Origin: Methanobacteriota archaeon
GTDB taxonomy: Archaea; Halobacteriota; Bog-38; Methanoflorentales; Methanoflorentaceae
Assembly (NCBI GenBank): GCA_963701995.1
Contig: OY969693.1
Location: forward strand, 1,926,105 to 1,990,104
Reading direction: 5' to 3'
Length of the DNA: 64,000 nucleotides
In this document: one piece after another, positions 30,260 through 39,670 of the stretch
Numbering within the stretch: the stretch's first letter is position 1
Layout of the letters: each line of letters begins with the position of its first letter
The notes under the pieces: model-generated
Database searches by the model: none
What the model saw: the letters and a program-made list of their open reading frames with translations, nothing else
What the model was told of the DNA's origin: nothing
Position numbers and translations under genes: made by a program

Positions 30260-31108
30260 TTACGTCGTACCTATCGTTAGCACTTCCAGCATACAGAAAT
30301 AGAACTCTTCCAAATCAAGGATATAATTGTCGGAGTTGGGATCAAAGTGTGTTCGCCACTGCTTAAGATCTTCTTCTGATAAATATGGAGTTCCTATTTT
30401 AGCGTGCCATTCTGCATTACCTGCAATATAGCGTTTTGCTTCTGGAATGAGAGGTGAGAGTTTTTGTATGGCATAGCTTTTAGTAGATACATCTTTTAGG
30501 CCTGCCTGTAAAAACAGCCCATGCAATTTTCGCCCGGTAAAGTTATCAAATGGAGGTTCTAGGGGATTTTCTTTAAGAGCCTGGGCCGTTGCTGTTAAGA
30601 TTTTTAAAGACAACTGAGGCTCGATGGGATGGACAATAAAAAGGCCACCATCAAAATCCTTACCGGCAATTCTTCCACCGTTCTTAGTCACTCTTTTCAT
30701 CTCTTCGATAATCTTGAAATAATCTGTGACATAAGCAAAACAGTTGCTGAAAAAGACTAAATCAAAGGTATCATTGTCGAAGGAGGCATCGTGGAAATCA
30801 TCTTTTCGAAACTCAATGATGTTACTAAGAGGATCTTTTTCCAGATTTTCCACAGCATAATTTATTAAATCTGGTGAGAAATCAAGCCCAACAACTCGCC
30901 CATTGGGCTTCACCTTCTCTGCTAGTAGGTGTGTCCATAAACCTGGTCCACATCCTAAATCCAGTACTACATCTCCTGGTTTAAGATTTAACTCATCAAC
31001 CGTTTTACGCCGTTCCTGCAATTTTGTTTTATGATGGTCGAGAAGCCATTCTACATTGGTTAACTCCAAGCCCTTTTCACCCTTAAAATATTGATTCGTT
31101 TCTAACAT
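30260..31108 (-). CDS. Class I SAM-dependent methyltransferase
   Basis: Motif I VVLDLGCGPGLWT and post-I GRVVGLDFS. Visibly AT-rich compared with the flanks. Confidence 0.8.
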   Translation of the reverse strand: MLETNQYFKGEKGLELTNVEWLLDHHKTKLQERRKTVDELNLKPGDVVLDLGCGPGLWTHLLAEKVKPNGRVVGLDFSPDLINYAVENLEKDPLSNIIEFRKDDFHDASFDNDTFDLVFFSNCFAYVTDYFKIIEEMKRVTKNGGRIAGKDFDGGLFIVHPIEPQLSLKILTATAQALKENPLEPPFDNFTGRKLHGLFLQAGLKDVSTKSYAIQKLSPLIPEAKRYIAGNAEWHAKIGTPYLSEEDLKQWRTHFDPNSDNYILDLEEFYFCMLEVLTIGTT

Positions 31109-31550
31109 AAAATATCCTCCTTATTATTTACCTTATTATTTAGATATACCTGCCACTGTCATCATTTGGAGCATTTTGATTGGCCTGACTTACTTCTCCT
31201 GTTTTATCAACAGTTGCCTCTTTTATTGTTAAACGAGCGCCATTAACAACCAAAAATACAGCTTCATCTGATTAAGTGCTTTTATAGGTTCCACCGTTGA
31301 TCGTAGCATTTATTCCGTTCACAATATAAGCAGCTTTAAGACTGACAGATTTTCCTTCAAACGTAGCAGACGACTTAATAGTAAGATCGGTTCCCCGCCC
31401 ACCTGCCGATTAGTCGCTGGACACATTAGAAGTTGCGAGGCAGGGCGACGCACTTCAACCTTACTCAACATACAATAGCCTTTCAAGTAGGTTATTATTC
31501 TGCTAGGGCGAATAATACCCAGTCATCGTTGATTAAAAGAAGGTGTCGTT

Positions 31551-31931
31551 ATGCAGCACATTGGAAAATCAAAGATCGGTTCTCTATCTGCTAGAAAGGG
31601 CATAAGCTATCCGCAACTGCGCTTACCTCAACAGTTTGCCGAAGTTATCGGGGAAACGACATTTTTGAAACTGAACGTGGAGGAAAACGTGCATTTTTGA
31701 TTGTTACCAACCAAGCCTTGTCAAATAGTGACACTGTTTTAAAACAAGATGCTGATATTTTAAAACAGTGTGAAGGTGTAGCACAGACTTCTACGAAAAC
31801 TCACGCCGTTACATCGCATTCTGCGCAACAGTCAGAAGCTGAGGAAAGCCTCCAACGCACTGCAGAAAGCTTTAATATCTATACACAGCTAGTAAGCTGT
31901 GCTGCGTCAAGCAGTCACTACGCTAGTGTAA
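31551..31931 (+). pseudogene. Integrase N-terminal module left at attR (partitioned int gene), frame-disrupted
   Basis: MQHIGKSKIGSLSARKGISYPQLRLPQQFAEVIGE.. stops at 31700. The continuation ..AFLIVTNQALS..ESFNIYTQLVSCAAS..SPGSVAAYHGALS is in another frame and reads into the tRNA. Confidence 0.55.
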
Positions 31932-32004
31932 GCCCGGGTAGTGTAGCGGCCTATCATGGAGCCCTGTCGAGGCTCCGACTCGGGTTCAAATCCCGACTCG
32001 GGCG
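31932..32004 (+). tRNA. tRNA-Asp (anticodon GTC)
   Basis: Hand-folded cloverleaf. Acceptor GCCCGGG/CTCGGGC (one G-T pair), anticodon arm GAGCC-CTGTCGA-GGCTC, T arm TCGGG-TTCAAAT-CCCGA, discriminator G. Followed by a T6 run. Confidence 0.85.
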
Positions 32005-32008
32005 CTCC

Positions 32009-32014
32009 TTTTTT
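32009..32014 (+). terminator. Oligo-T tract after tRNA-Asp
   Basis: TTTTTT begins 5 nt after the tRNA 3' end. Oligo-T is the usual archaeal termination signal. Confidence 0.5.
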
Positions 32015-32068
32015 GCATCTATTTGACCAGCGGAGGCTAAAATAGAGTTTTCTGAGGCGTGGGGGTGG

Positions 32069-32154
32069 GGAGCCTGTATTAGGCTCCGGTCACTGTGTCA
32101 AATTCGTCAACAATGCGTTCAGATATTGCTAAGTAAGGGAGCCTCAGGGGCTCC
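32069..32154. repeat. Junction repeat copy 1 (hairpin A + GCGTTCAG box + hairpin B)
   Basis: GGAGCCTGTATTAGGCTCCGGTCACTGTGTC ... AATGCGTTCAGATATTGCTAAGT ... GGAGCCTCAGGGGCTCC. Related copies lie at 35320, 37247, 41695 and 47761. Confidence 0.7.
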
Positions 32155-32234
32155 ACTGACGTGGAATTTTGCAAATAGTCGAAAGAAAAAACATAATGTA
32201 AATTAAATCATGAGATTATTCTGATAACAAAAAA

Positions 32235-33017
32235 ATGAAAGAAAATACATTAAATCTTGGTAAAATGCAAGAAAGAGACCTATATCCTACCATATTCCAA
32301 CGGAAGTCCATTAGAAAGTACGATTTAGACCCCCTCGATGAAGATACATTAAAGGATTTCAGAGATCATCTTCAAACTTTAAAGCGGTTGCATAAGGACA
32401 TTAAAATTGAATTTAAGATTTTATCTCCCGATACTGTTATAAGAAGGACGATGAGAAAAGCACCGCACTATATAGCTGTTTTTTCAGAGCCAAAAGAGGG
32501 TTATCTAAGCAATGTAGGGTTCATGCTACAGCAGATGGATCTATTTTTTTCTGCTAATGGATTGGGTAGTTGCTGGCAGGGGATCCCTGCTCTCAAAAAA
32601 GAAGGTTTGGCAAGTTCACATCTGAAATTCATCATTTTAATGCCCTTTGGAAAGCCCCAGGAAACGTTACACCGAACAAAAACGTCCCAATTCAAAAGAA
32701 AATCACTCCAGGAAATAAGTGACATTAAAGGTGCAGATGATTTACTGGAAACAGCTCGTCTTGCTCCTTCTGCACGCAATGCACAGGAGTGGTTTTTTAC
32801 AGGTGATGAACATTTAATTCATGCATATTACCGTAAACCAAGCTTCATCCCGGGACTTTTAATCAAAAAATATCCCCCTATAGATGTGGGAATTAGTCTT
32901 TATCACTTGAAACTGGGTGCAGAACATTTTGGCAAAGAAACTGAAATTATATTTGATAACCCGGAGGATAATAATCTCAATAATTATGAGTATGTTGCCA
33001 GTTTGCGCTTAACATAG
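32235..33017 (+). CDS. Nitroreductase-family protein
   Basis: 260 aa. IFQRKSIRKYD near the N-terminus and ARLAPSARNAQEW later. AT-rich. Confidence 0.75.
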   Translation: MKENTLNLGKMQERDLYPTIFQRKSIRKYDLDPLDEDTLKDFRDHLQTLKRLHKDIKIEFKILSPDTVIRRTMRKAPHYIAVFSEPKEGYLSNVGFMLQQMDLFFSANGLGSCWQGIPALKKEGLASSHLKFIILMPFGKPQETLHRTKTSQFKRKSLQEISDIKGADDLLETARLAPSARNAQEWFFTGDEHLIHAYYRKPSFIPGLLIKKYPPIDVGISLYHLKLGAEHFGKETEIIFDNPEDNNLNNYEYVASLRLT

Positions 33018-33341
33018 TCAAATTCCCTGATTTGTTCTCGAGTGATTTCTACCAATCTTTCGGCTCCGGTTCAATAGTTTCTTTTTCCGTTATGAAGCTT
33101 AAAAAAAGAGTTTGTGCCAGACTCTTCGCCCCTCACTTCCTTACCCTTGTAGTACGCTGCCTTTTTTGCCATCTCCCCAGGCGAGGCGATTGCTCCTAGC
33201 TGCTGCAGCACTCGAAAAAAGAAGCACGCTACTGGCTTTAAATCGAAAAAAGAAATAACGAGCTAGGAGTTAAGGAGAGATAAAACTGAGCGCGCTATAT
33301 CTCTCCCTGATATGCGGACTAACTCAATCGTGTTGCTTGCA

Positions 33342-33674
33342 TTAGAGTTTGACCATGATGTTTTCGTCTTCAACCTTTAGTTGGTAGGACGGTACATCCT
33401 TTATCTTTGGATGTAAAAATACCACTTTCGGACGAGTAACCACCTTGCCAGTAGTGACGTCGAACTGTGCATTGTGCCCCGTACATGTCATAATATTGCC
33501 GTCTAAAACGCCTTGCGAAAGGGCGTTCCCCATGTGGCTGCACTTATTGCTGATGGCATAGTAGTTGCCGTTCACGTTTGCTATCAGAATCTGTGTGCCC
33601 TCAACCTCAACCTCTTTCATGGTGCCGACTGGAACCGCTGACGTTTCACCAACCTTCACATAATCTGCACTCAT
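33342..33674 (-). CDS. Rieske [2Fe-2S] domain protein
   Basis: CSHMGNALS ... CTGHNAQF (the CxH...CxxH Rieske ligands). Start taken at MSADYVKVG. Confidence 0.8.
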   Translation of the reverse strand: MSADYVKVGETSAVPVGTMKEVEVEGTQILIANVNGNYYAISNKCSHMGNALSQGVLDGNIMTCTGHNAQFDVTTGKVVTRPKVVFLHPKIKDVPSYQLKVEDENIMVKL

Positions 33675-33883
33675 AATCTTACCTCTTTCTCTTCTGACAA
33701 ACTCTCGGTACTTACCTCTGGTGCGTTTGCGTAAACATCTACATCTCTCTCCGGTGGACAAGGAGGATGCTCAATACAAACGTTGCAGATGCTGAGCAAA
33801 TATGTTAACCACTTTCGAGTGAAGTAGCAGTGACTGTAAGCCCTTGATTTATATAACGCTACTCTCCATTGATTGAAGCGAGA

Positions 33884-34063
33884 TTAAAAAGGACGCCATA
33901 CTGTTAGAATCAAACCAGTTACAATAATCAAGATTAACACAACGGCTATAATTTGGCGTCCTCTTTGTGACTTATTTTGCAGTTCCTCACCACATTGAGA
34001 GCAATACAGCACACCGTCGCGGTTTTGGAATTGACAATTTTCGCACCACCCTTTCGTCACCAT
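33884..34063 (-). CDS. Small zinc-ribbon protein with C-terminal transmembrane helix (not in ORF track, 59 aa)
   Basis: GGAGG lies 5 nt before the ATG. Translation is MVTKGWCENCQFQNRDGVLYCSQCGEEL..IIAVVLILIIVTGLILTVW. Confidence 0.5.
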   Translation of the reverse strand: MVTKGWCENCQFQNRDGVLYCSQCGEELQNKSQRGRQIIAVVLILIIVTGLILTVWRPF

Positions 34064-34447
34064 ATTCGCCTCCGACTTCCGTTTGAGCAGTTATTGGTTT
34101 TAAATTACATACGTTTATACAAGAGGCGAGAGGTAGCTTAACAATTCCTATCCTGTCACTCTTGCCTTCTTGGGTCAGGTCGTGAACAGAGCCCATTAAG
34201 TGCTTGAAATCGAAAAAAGATCGAGCGCAGATTAGCTTGGACTACTTACGCGTTCGGCTGGTTGAGGATTTCTAGCTTTGGCCAACCCTTCAAAATAAGT
34301 AAAGTCAATAATGCTGTGACGTATTAAGCTACACGCCTAAGTTGCAGCTCGCTGCCATTATTGTTTGACTTATAAGGCTATCTTTAACGATATTTATACT
34401 CGAGATGCACTGTTAGAAACAGGTATCGGAAGCTGAGGAAAAATGAG

Positions 34448-34951
34448 ATGAGTATTCTTGTGAACGTAATAATAAGCATAAATGTTCTGGCAGTAGCATA
34501 CATCATAGCTTCTCTTTACTATCCTATGCTGGCAGGAGGCGCAGCATATAGTCCTACTCCGAGGCAGATTGTAGCTGAGGCTCTTAAACTGGCAGACCTT
34601 AAGAAAGATGAAGTCTTCTACGACCTTGGATGTGGAACAGGAGAAGCCCTTTTAGAAGCCTCAAAGTTATGCGATCATGTGAAGGGAGTTGAGATAGAGC
34701 CTATTCGATGGTTTATAGCCAAGCTCAGAGCAAGAAAAGCCCAAGTCATTCTAGGAAACCTTTTCAAGCAAGACATTTCTGACGCTGATGTTATATTCAT
34801 ATTCCAATACGAAGGAAGGATAAACAACAGAATCGTGATGAAAATAAAGGCTGAAACACGAAGCGAAACAAGGATCATAAGCTATTTGCACCCAATAGAA
34901 AATATGAAGCTTATCAAAAGCCAAAACGAGATTTTCTTTTACAAGACATGA
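34448..34951 (+). CDS. Class I SAM-dependent methyltransferase (small)
   Basis: VFYDLGCGTGEALLEA motif I and VKGVEIEP post-I, with an N-terminal hydrophobic helix. Confidence 0.7.
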   Translation: MSILVNVIISINVLAVAYIIASLYYPMLAGGAAYSPTPRQIVAEALKLADLKKDEVFYDLGCGTGEALLEASKLCDHVKGVEIEPIRWFIAKLRARKAQVILGNLFKQDISDADVIFIFQYEGRINNRIVMKIKAETRSETRIISYLHPIENMKLIKSQNEIFFYKT

Positions 34952-34991
34952 AAGGTTCTGTCAACATGTTTTACAGGGCTACGCCTTTCCA

Positions 34992-35174
34992 TTATTCCAT
35001 ATACACGTCATACACGTGCTCAGGCAGCGGATGCCGATAGTTGCTCCATTCAATGCCTCGCACTCCATGCGTGAGAATATAGGCACAATTGGATTCATTC
35101 CCTCCGACTACATCGCCGTGCTGCTCAGCCAACTTACGGGCGTGTGAGAGAATAAAAGAACTCGGACTCTGCAT
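34992..35174 (-). pseudogene. Integrase C-terminal fragment
   Basis: ..NCAYILTHGVRGIEWSNYRHPLPEHVYDVYME aligns with ..NKNYILTHGVRGVDWRFYKSPRPEPVYDIYIQ of 26373..27341. The upstream sequence is out of frame or degenerate. Confidence 0.75.
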
Positions 35175-35319
35175 GGCCTATGTACAATAAACTGGTTCCA
35201 CTCTGTCGACATCAAAACGTGTTCAGGGACGGAGGAAACCCCAGCCTGCATTCACGACATATCTGCTTCTTTCACGAGATCTTTACCGCCTTGTCGGTTC
35301 CCGTCCCGGTACTCATGTT

Positions 35320-35372
35320 GAAGCCTGCATTAAGCTTCGGTCGCTGTGTCGAATTGATCCTTCAAAGCGTTC
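35320..35372. repeat. Junction repeat copy (variant hairpin A + GCTGTGTCGAAT + CAAAGCGTTCAG) abutting the integrase fragment
   Basis: GAAGCCTGCATTAAGCTTCGGTCGCTGTGTCGAAT..CAAAGCGTTCAG, compared with GGAGCCTGTATTAGGCTCCGGTTGCTGTGTCGAAT..CAAAGCGTTCAG at 37323-37370. Confidence 0.6.
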
Positions 35373-35475
35373 AGTGTTAATAGGTCGGTCCCAGCCTCAA
35401 CAGGAGGACTATGACCTACCTAAAACTTGTTCGCGAAAAAAAGGAGGAAGGCCTGCCCTTTCAGTACATCTTTAT

Positions 35476-35616
35476 TCAGGTCCACTCGTGGCCTTTTTCA
35501 CACCTGTGCTTCCCTTCGTGCTTTGCGTCTTCATGCGAGCAGACAATCTCGCCACCACACTCAGGGCACGTGACAGTGCACTTAATGATTTCATTTTGCT
35601 CGTCATCCTCTGCCAT
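35476..35616 (-). CDS. Small zinc-ribbon protein (46 aa, not in ORF track)
   Basis: GAGGTGG is upstream of the ATG. Translation is MAEDDEQNEIIKCTVTCPECGGEIVCSHEDAKHEGKHRCEKGHEWT. Confidence 0.45.
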   Translation of the reverse strand: MAEDDEQNEIIKCTVTCPECGGEIVCSHEDAKHEGKHRCEKGHEWT

Positions 35617-35683
35617 TGTTCCACCTCTTGTTGACTACTAATTAAAGCGTATGCGGAGTATAAAAGTAGTGTTTTAAATCCAG

Positions 35684-36170
35684 CTACCGTTGGCGGTAAT
35701 CAGCAGGCACCCCCCATCTTTCTGTTACATTATACCGAGGCACTGTTGACTCGAAGTGAACCCAGATGGGAGCATTATCTAACTGAGGATGTGCTGCAAA
35801 AAAAGAACTGTCGCCGTGGCGTAGGGCTTTAAGAACTAAGGGCAATTCATCTTGAAAGATTGTATATCGTAATGGAGCAGATCCAAAAACAAACCCGCCA
35901 CTCACGTGACAATAGACGCGTAACGCCGGCCTTTCATTAGTTTCCTTCCCACTCAGCTAGCACTTCATCTCTCACGAGCCTTGTATACCGACCACATATC
36001 TGTGATTCATTGCAATCTGGGCCAATTGTCAAAAAGAGCTCAGCTGTGATATCGGAGTGGGTTAGCGTATAACGGCGCGGGGAGATCGGATCCGTGGGTC
36101 CAATTCCAGCCACGTATTTGACGTGCAACTTTTCCGGCCGCAATCTATTCTCGCGTCTGTGCGTATCCAT
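35684..36170 (-). pseudogene. Staygreen (SGR)-family protein, frameshifted
   Basis: PRRYTLTHSDITAELFLTIG..RDEVLAEW ends in a stop. The +1 frame continues ..LRVYCHVSGGFVFGSAPLRYTIFQDELPLVLKALRHGD..HPQLDNAPIWVHF. Confidence 0.6.
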
Positions 36171-36389
36171 TGGTTCGCCTTCCCTTCAACCGTCCTTAAA
36201 TTCAATCTCGTAGACGAATTGGAAGCCTATATGCTTATCAAAAAGGGTATTGTCAAACCTTTGACGGCAGCGTGCCGGAACTGCCTCACAAATATTTGCT
36301 GTCAATGCTTTGTGAGCAAAGAAAAATGCCGCTCTCCTGTGAAGCAAGAGAACAGCTATGAAATGTTCCGCTGTTTTAGCTTATGCATT

Positions 36390-37031
36390 CTACTTCTCGC
36401 CTTCATCAGGAGCGGAAGCAGCGGGAACATCAGTTGCCGACTGTGGCTGGTCAAAACCATCTGCCAAATGACTGCTAGAACTGACTTCTGCATCCAGTTG
36501 TTGCAGCGAGATGCCGTTTTTCTCCAGCAGGTGGATCAGCATACGAGTATGGCGCAACAGTTCCGCGTCTTGAGCGGAGAGATGTTGCATAACCAGTTCA
36601 ATATCCTTATAGCTGGTCATAGTCGTATTGAACTGTTCGTCCGCCTGAAGTTCAGACTTTCGTCCTAAGACGTTCTGCCCAACCATAATAATCGGTAGTA
36701 AGGTCAGCTGAAGGAATGTTTGCGAAATCCATACAACGAGTAAGGCGACGATGGGGCTAAGTAAGCCAACGATGGCCATCAATCCAACGACAGCAAGCGC
36801 TGCAAACGCATATGCCATCCACATCGTACCCACCCTTTTAGTAAGCCCAACCGCAACGCGCGTATTGACGCCAGCCGCCTTTTGCTCAGCTTCATGAAGC
36901 AAATTAACATTGCGTGGCTGGTAAGGATGATGTTCGTGATTAAACAACGCGCTGGTATGGCGATGCGGGTGCGCCTGTGTTTGTGGTACAATCTCTGTTT
37001 TGACAGAATCCGACGTGGTCTCTCCTTGCAT
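36390..37031 (-). CDS. Membrane protein, DUF1003-like
   Basis: Two TM helices followed by IIMVGQNVLGRKSELQADEQFN..DIELVMQHL, resembling the DUF1003 pattern. The family call is tentative. Confidence 0.4.
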   Translation of the reverse strand: MQGETTSDSVKTEIVPQTQAHPHRHTSALFNHEHHPYQPRNVNLLHEAEQKAAGVNTRVAVGLTKRVGTMWMAYAFAALAVVGLMAIVGLLSPIVALLVVWISQTFLQLTLLPIIMVGQNVLGRKSELQADEQFNTTMTSYKDIELVMQHLSAQDAELLRHTRMLIHLLEKNGISLQQLDAEVSSSSHLADGFDQPQSATDVPAASAPDEGEK

Positions 37032-37246
37032 ACTAATAATCCTCCGATTGCTAAATCTACCTATGTTTTCGATTATATCTTACACTATAACAGCCTCCGA
37101 CCTTTTTGAATACTGTCACCTGTTGAACTCTCTCTTGTTTTGTTATTTCCCATAATCTACCCTCTTTACGGTCTTCCGGTCATCAAAATAACCTAAACAC
37201 GTAAGAACAAGTTGACTCAGCTTAGAAGCTATAGTTTTAGTTGCGA

Positions 37247-37375
37247 CAAAGCGTTCAGATGTTACTATATCAGTCGGAGCCTCAATAGGGCTCCAACTCA
37301 TTGCTTGTGGACAATGGAGTCGTAGCCTGTATTAGGCTCCGGTTGCTGTGTCGAATGCATAGTCAAAGCGTTCAG
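37247..37375. repeat. Junction repeat copy 2 (box + hairpin B, then hairpin A + box)
   Basis: CAAAGCGTTCAGATGTT..GGAGCCTCAATAGGGCTCC..TAGCCTGTATTAGGCTCCGGTTGCTGTGTCGAAT..CAAAGCGTTCAGAAGTC. Confidence 0.7.
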
Positions 37376-37495
37376 AAGTCACACAAATTAGGCGAGAAGT
37401 CACCAGAGCGATGCAATGTCTTTCGGCTTATGTCTATGAAGTAAGATAAACTATGGAAAAAGAAATTTTTATACTCTGTCACCTAATTTCTTACT

Positions 37496-38557
37496 GTGAT
37501 AGATGCAGAACCTCTAATTACCGTCATTATCCCAACGTTTCGCAGGCCGAAGTTGTTACGAAGAGCGATCTTAAGTGTACTAAACCAGACGTTTTCCTCA
37601 TTTCAGGTATGCGTATACGATGACGCCTCAAATGATAATACGCAAAAAGTTGTGACTGAACTAGCGGAAACTGATTCAAGAATCAAGTATTACTGTCACG
37701 AACAAAACATAGGCGCTGTGGCAAATTTCAATTATGGACTAAAAGAGGTGAATACCCTTTTTTTTTCATTTCTCAGTGATGATGACCTACTTTTGCCACA
37801 TTTTTTTGAAGTGGCCATGCAGTCTCTCAGCTCTAATCCCGATGTCATGTTTTATGCAGGGTTGACCATCCAAGTTGAAGATAACAAGATCATCGGTATA
37901 TCGAAAAACGGTGGTCGCTTTGGATATATTTCCCCTCCTGATAGTCTACTAGACATATTGGATCATCAATTAATGTGGAATTCGATTGTTTTCAGATCAA
38001 AGGTTGTGGATTGCGTTGGCTTATTAGACATTGACGTGGGTGGACCAGCAGACATAGACTTTGAGTTCCGCGTTGCAGCGCATCATCCAGTTATTATCTC
38101 AAATGAACTAAGTGCAATTTACATGCTGCACACACAATCTTTCTATGCCCGTTCGTCTGATATTAGACTATTTTTGCCTGGGTTCAAACTTATTGTTAAT
38201 AGAATGATGTCAGATGAATCTCTCTCATTAGATACCAGGATTCAAATCAAGAATAGACTTAATGCGTGGCTAGCTAACATGCTTATCGCGCTAGCAGAGC
38301 GAGCAAGCCTGAAGGGAGAGTTTGACAATGTCTCTGCTATTGCGGAAATACTGAAGCGTTTCTGCAATAAAAAAGCGACGGCCCTTCTTCTTGTTGGCCG
38401 ATTAAAACTGAAAGAATCAAGTGAGCCAGCCTTTTTTTTGGTCATTTGGATAGAACGGTGGTTACGGTTCATTTTTCCACTTAACATAATAAACAAGATA
38501 AAACTCAAACAGCTTCAAAGGAAATATGGAGAATATTTGCGCTACCTTGATACGTGA
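37496..38557 (+). CDS. Family-2 glycosyltransferase
   Basis: ITVIIPTFRRPKLLRRAILSVLNQTF..VCVYDDASNDNT. GTG start. Confidence 0.8.
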   Translation: MIDAEPLITVIIPTFRRPKLLRRAILSVLNQTFSSFQVCVYDDASNDNTQKVVTELAETDSRIKYYCHEQNIGAVANFNYGLKEVNTLFFSFLSDDDLLLPHFFEVAMQSLSSNPDVMFYAGLTIQVEDNKIIGISKNGGRFGYISPPDSLLDILDHQLMWNSIVFRSKVVDCVGLLDIDVGGPADIDFEFRVAAHHPVIISNELSAIYMLHTQSFYARSSDIRLFLPGFKLIVNRMMSDESLSLDTRIQIKNRLNAWLANMLIALAERASLKGEFDNVSAIAEILKRFCNKKATALLLVGRLKLKESSEPAFFLVIWIERWLRFIFPLNIINKIKLKQLQRKYGEYLRYLDT

Positions 38558-38576
38558 CTAGATCTGCTTCACGAAT

Positions 38577-39665
38577 ATGAAAGAAGATGTACCCTTGGCC
38601 CACGCGGGAATGGCGGCGCAATTTGACCTCCAAAAACAATATTATGCAGAAGGAAAAGTCTTCATCCTCCAAATCGAATCAACCCTCCAATGTCCCCAAT
38701 TATGTAACTATTGCTACGCTGGAAGCACCCCCGAGAGCCCTCAAGGGTTATCCTCCGCAACTATTCGGCAGCTATTAGACGCTGCGGCCGCTTTGAAGGT
38801 GCAGGTGATAGATTGGTTGGGAGGAGATCCCCTTATGCGGAGGGACTGGGAATCCCTCTGTACCTACGCCACCAGCTTAGGTCTAATTAACAACATCTGG
38901 ACATCGGGCATCCCGCTCGCCAAACCGGGGGTCGCGGCAAGCGCGGTAAAAGCGACCCAAGGGGGTTTTATCTCGACGCATTTAGATTCGCTCGATCCGG
39001 AACTTTACGGGATTTTGCATGGCGAGGAAAAACGTCGCGGAGATTCACGTAATATCGGATTAATCCTGAAAGGCGTTAACAACTGCTTGGCAGCGGGGAA
39101 GGACCCGGGGGGGATGGTCAATTGCATCACCTATACGACCCCATTGGCCGCTGGAGACGCGCGGGCGACAATCGCCTATTTTCAGGAAAAGTTCGGCATC
39201 AAGACTTGCGTCACATTATTCAACCCCGCGATCCAGCGCATGGGAAATAGTTCTTGGGAACCGACCCACGCCCAGATAAAGGACATCTTTAACTTCCGTG
39301 ACCGAGTAAATTACCCGAACGACCCCTCATGCGGGCCTATGGATGTTTCGAAATTCTATTGTGGAACGCTCGTATGTGTCACTGCTGGGGGATGGGTGGT
39401 CCCTTGTTCCGTGATCCGGACAGAGGAGTTTGGAAACGTGAATAAAGAAGAATTTTTAACCATTCTGGAGCGCGGACGGCGGAGACTCTTATTTTTAGAT
39501 TTCCGGGATCTTGCCAAACTCCCTGGCAATTGCAGCAGTTGCTGCAATAATTCCTTTTGTTTCGGGTGTCGGAGTAGCGCCTATTATTATGCTGGCGACT
39601 TAATGGCCGCAGACCCCAAGTGTTTTCAATATAACCAGTGTTCCACGAAAAAAGAAGGGATCTGA
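38577..39665 (+). CDS. Radical SAM protein with C-terminal Cys-rich (SPASM-like) extension
   Basis: CPQLCNYCYAG (CxxxCxxC). The C-terminus has CGTLVCVTAGGWVVPCS ... CSSCCNNSFCFGCRS. Confidence 0.8.
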   Translation: MKEDVPLAHAGMAAQFDLQKQYYAEGKVFILQIESTLQCPQLCNYCYAGSTPESPQGLSSATIRQLLDAAAALKVQVIDWLGGDPLMRRDWESLCTYATSLGLINNIWTSGIPLAKPGVAASAVKATQGGFISTHLDSLDPELYGILHGEEKRRGDSRNIGLILKGVNNCLAAGKDPGGMVNCITYTTPLAAGDARATIAYFQEKFGIKTCVTLFNPAIQRMGNSSWEPTHAQIKDIFNFRDRVNYPNDPSCGPMDVSKFYCGTLVCVTAGGWVVPCSVIRTEEFGNVNKEEFLTILERGRRRLLFLDFRDLAKLPGNCSSCCNNSFCFGCRSSAYYYAGDLMAADPKCFQYNQCSTKKEGI

Positions 39666-39670
39666 TTCAC

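Larger units (their letters stand above)
26257..31971 (+). mobile_element. Integrated element bounded by attL and attR (tRNA-Asp 5' half), about 5.7 kb
   Basis: 40-nt direct repeats at both ends, with the integrase catalytic part next to attL and the integrase N-module next to attR. Cargo is compositionally heterogeneous. Confidence 0.65.

Noticed and set aside
31140-31420. Minus-strand fragment resembling a bacterial carbohydrate-binding/beta-helix repeat protein (..ATINGGTYKST*SDEAVFLVVNGARLTIKEATV..)
   Set aside because: It is interrupted by a stop, lacks both ends, and the similarity is only impressionistic. It is probably a gene scrap inside the integrated element.
32069-32087. Hairpin GGAGCC-TGTATTA-GGCTCC as part of a tRNA or tRNA pseudogene
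   Set aside because: The stem equals the tRNA-Asp anticodon stem, but position 33 of the loop is not T. No D-arm, T-arm or acceptor stem can be found in any of the copies.
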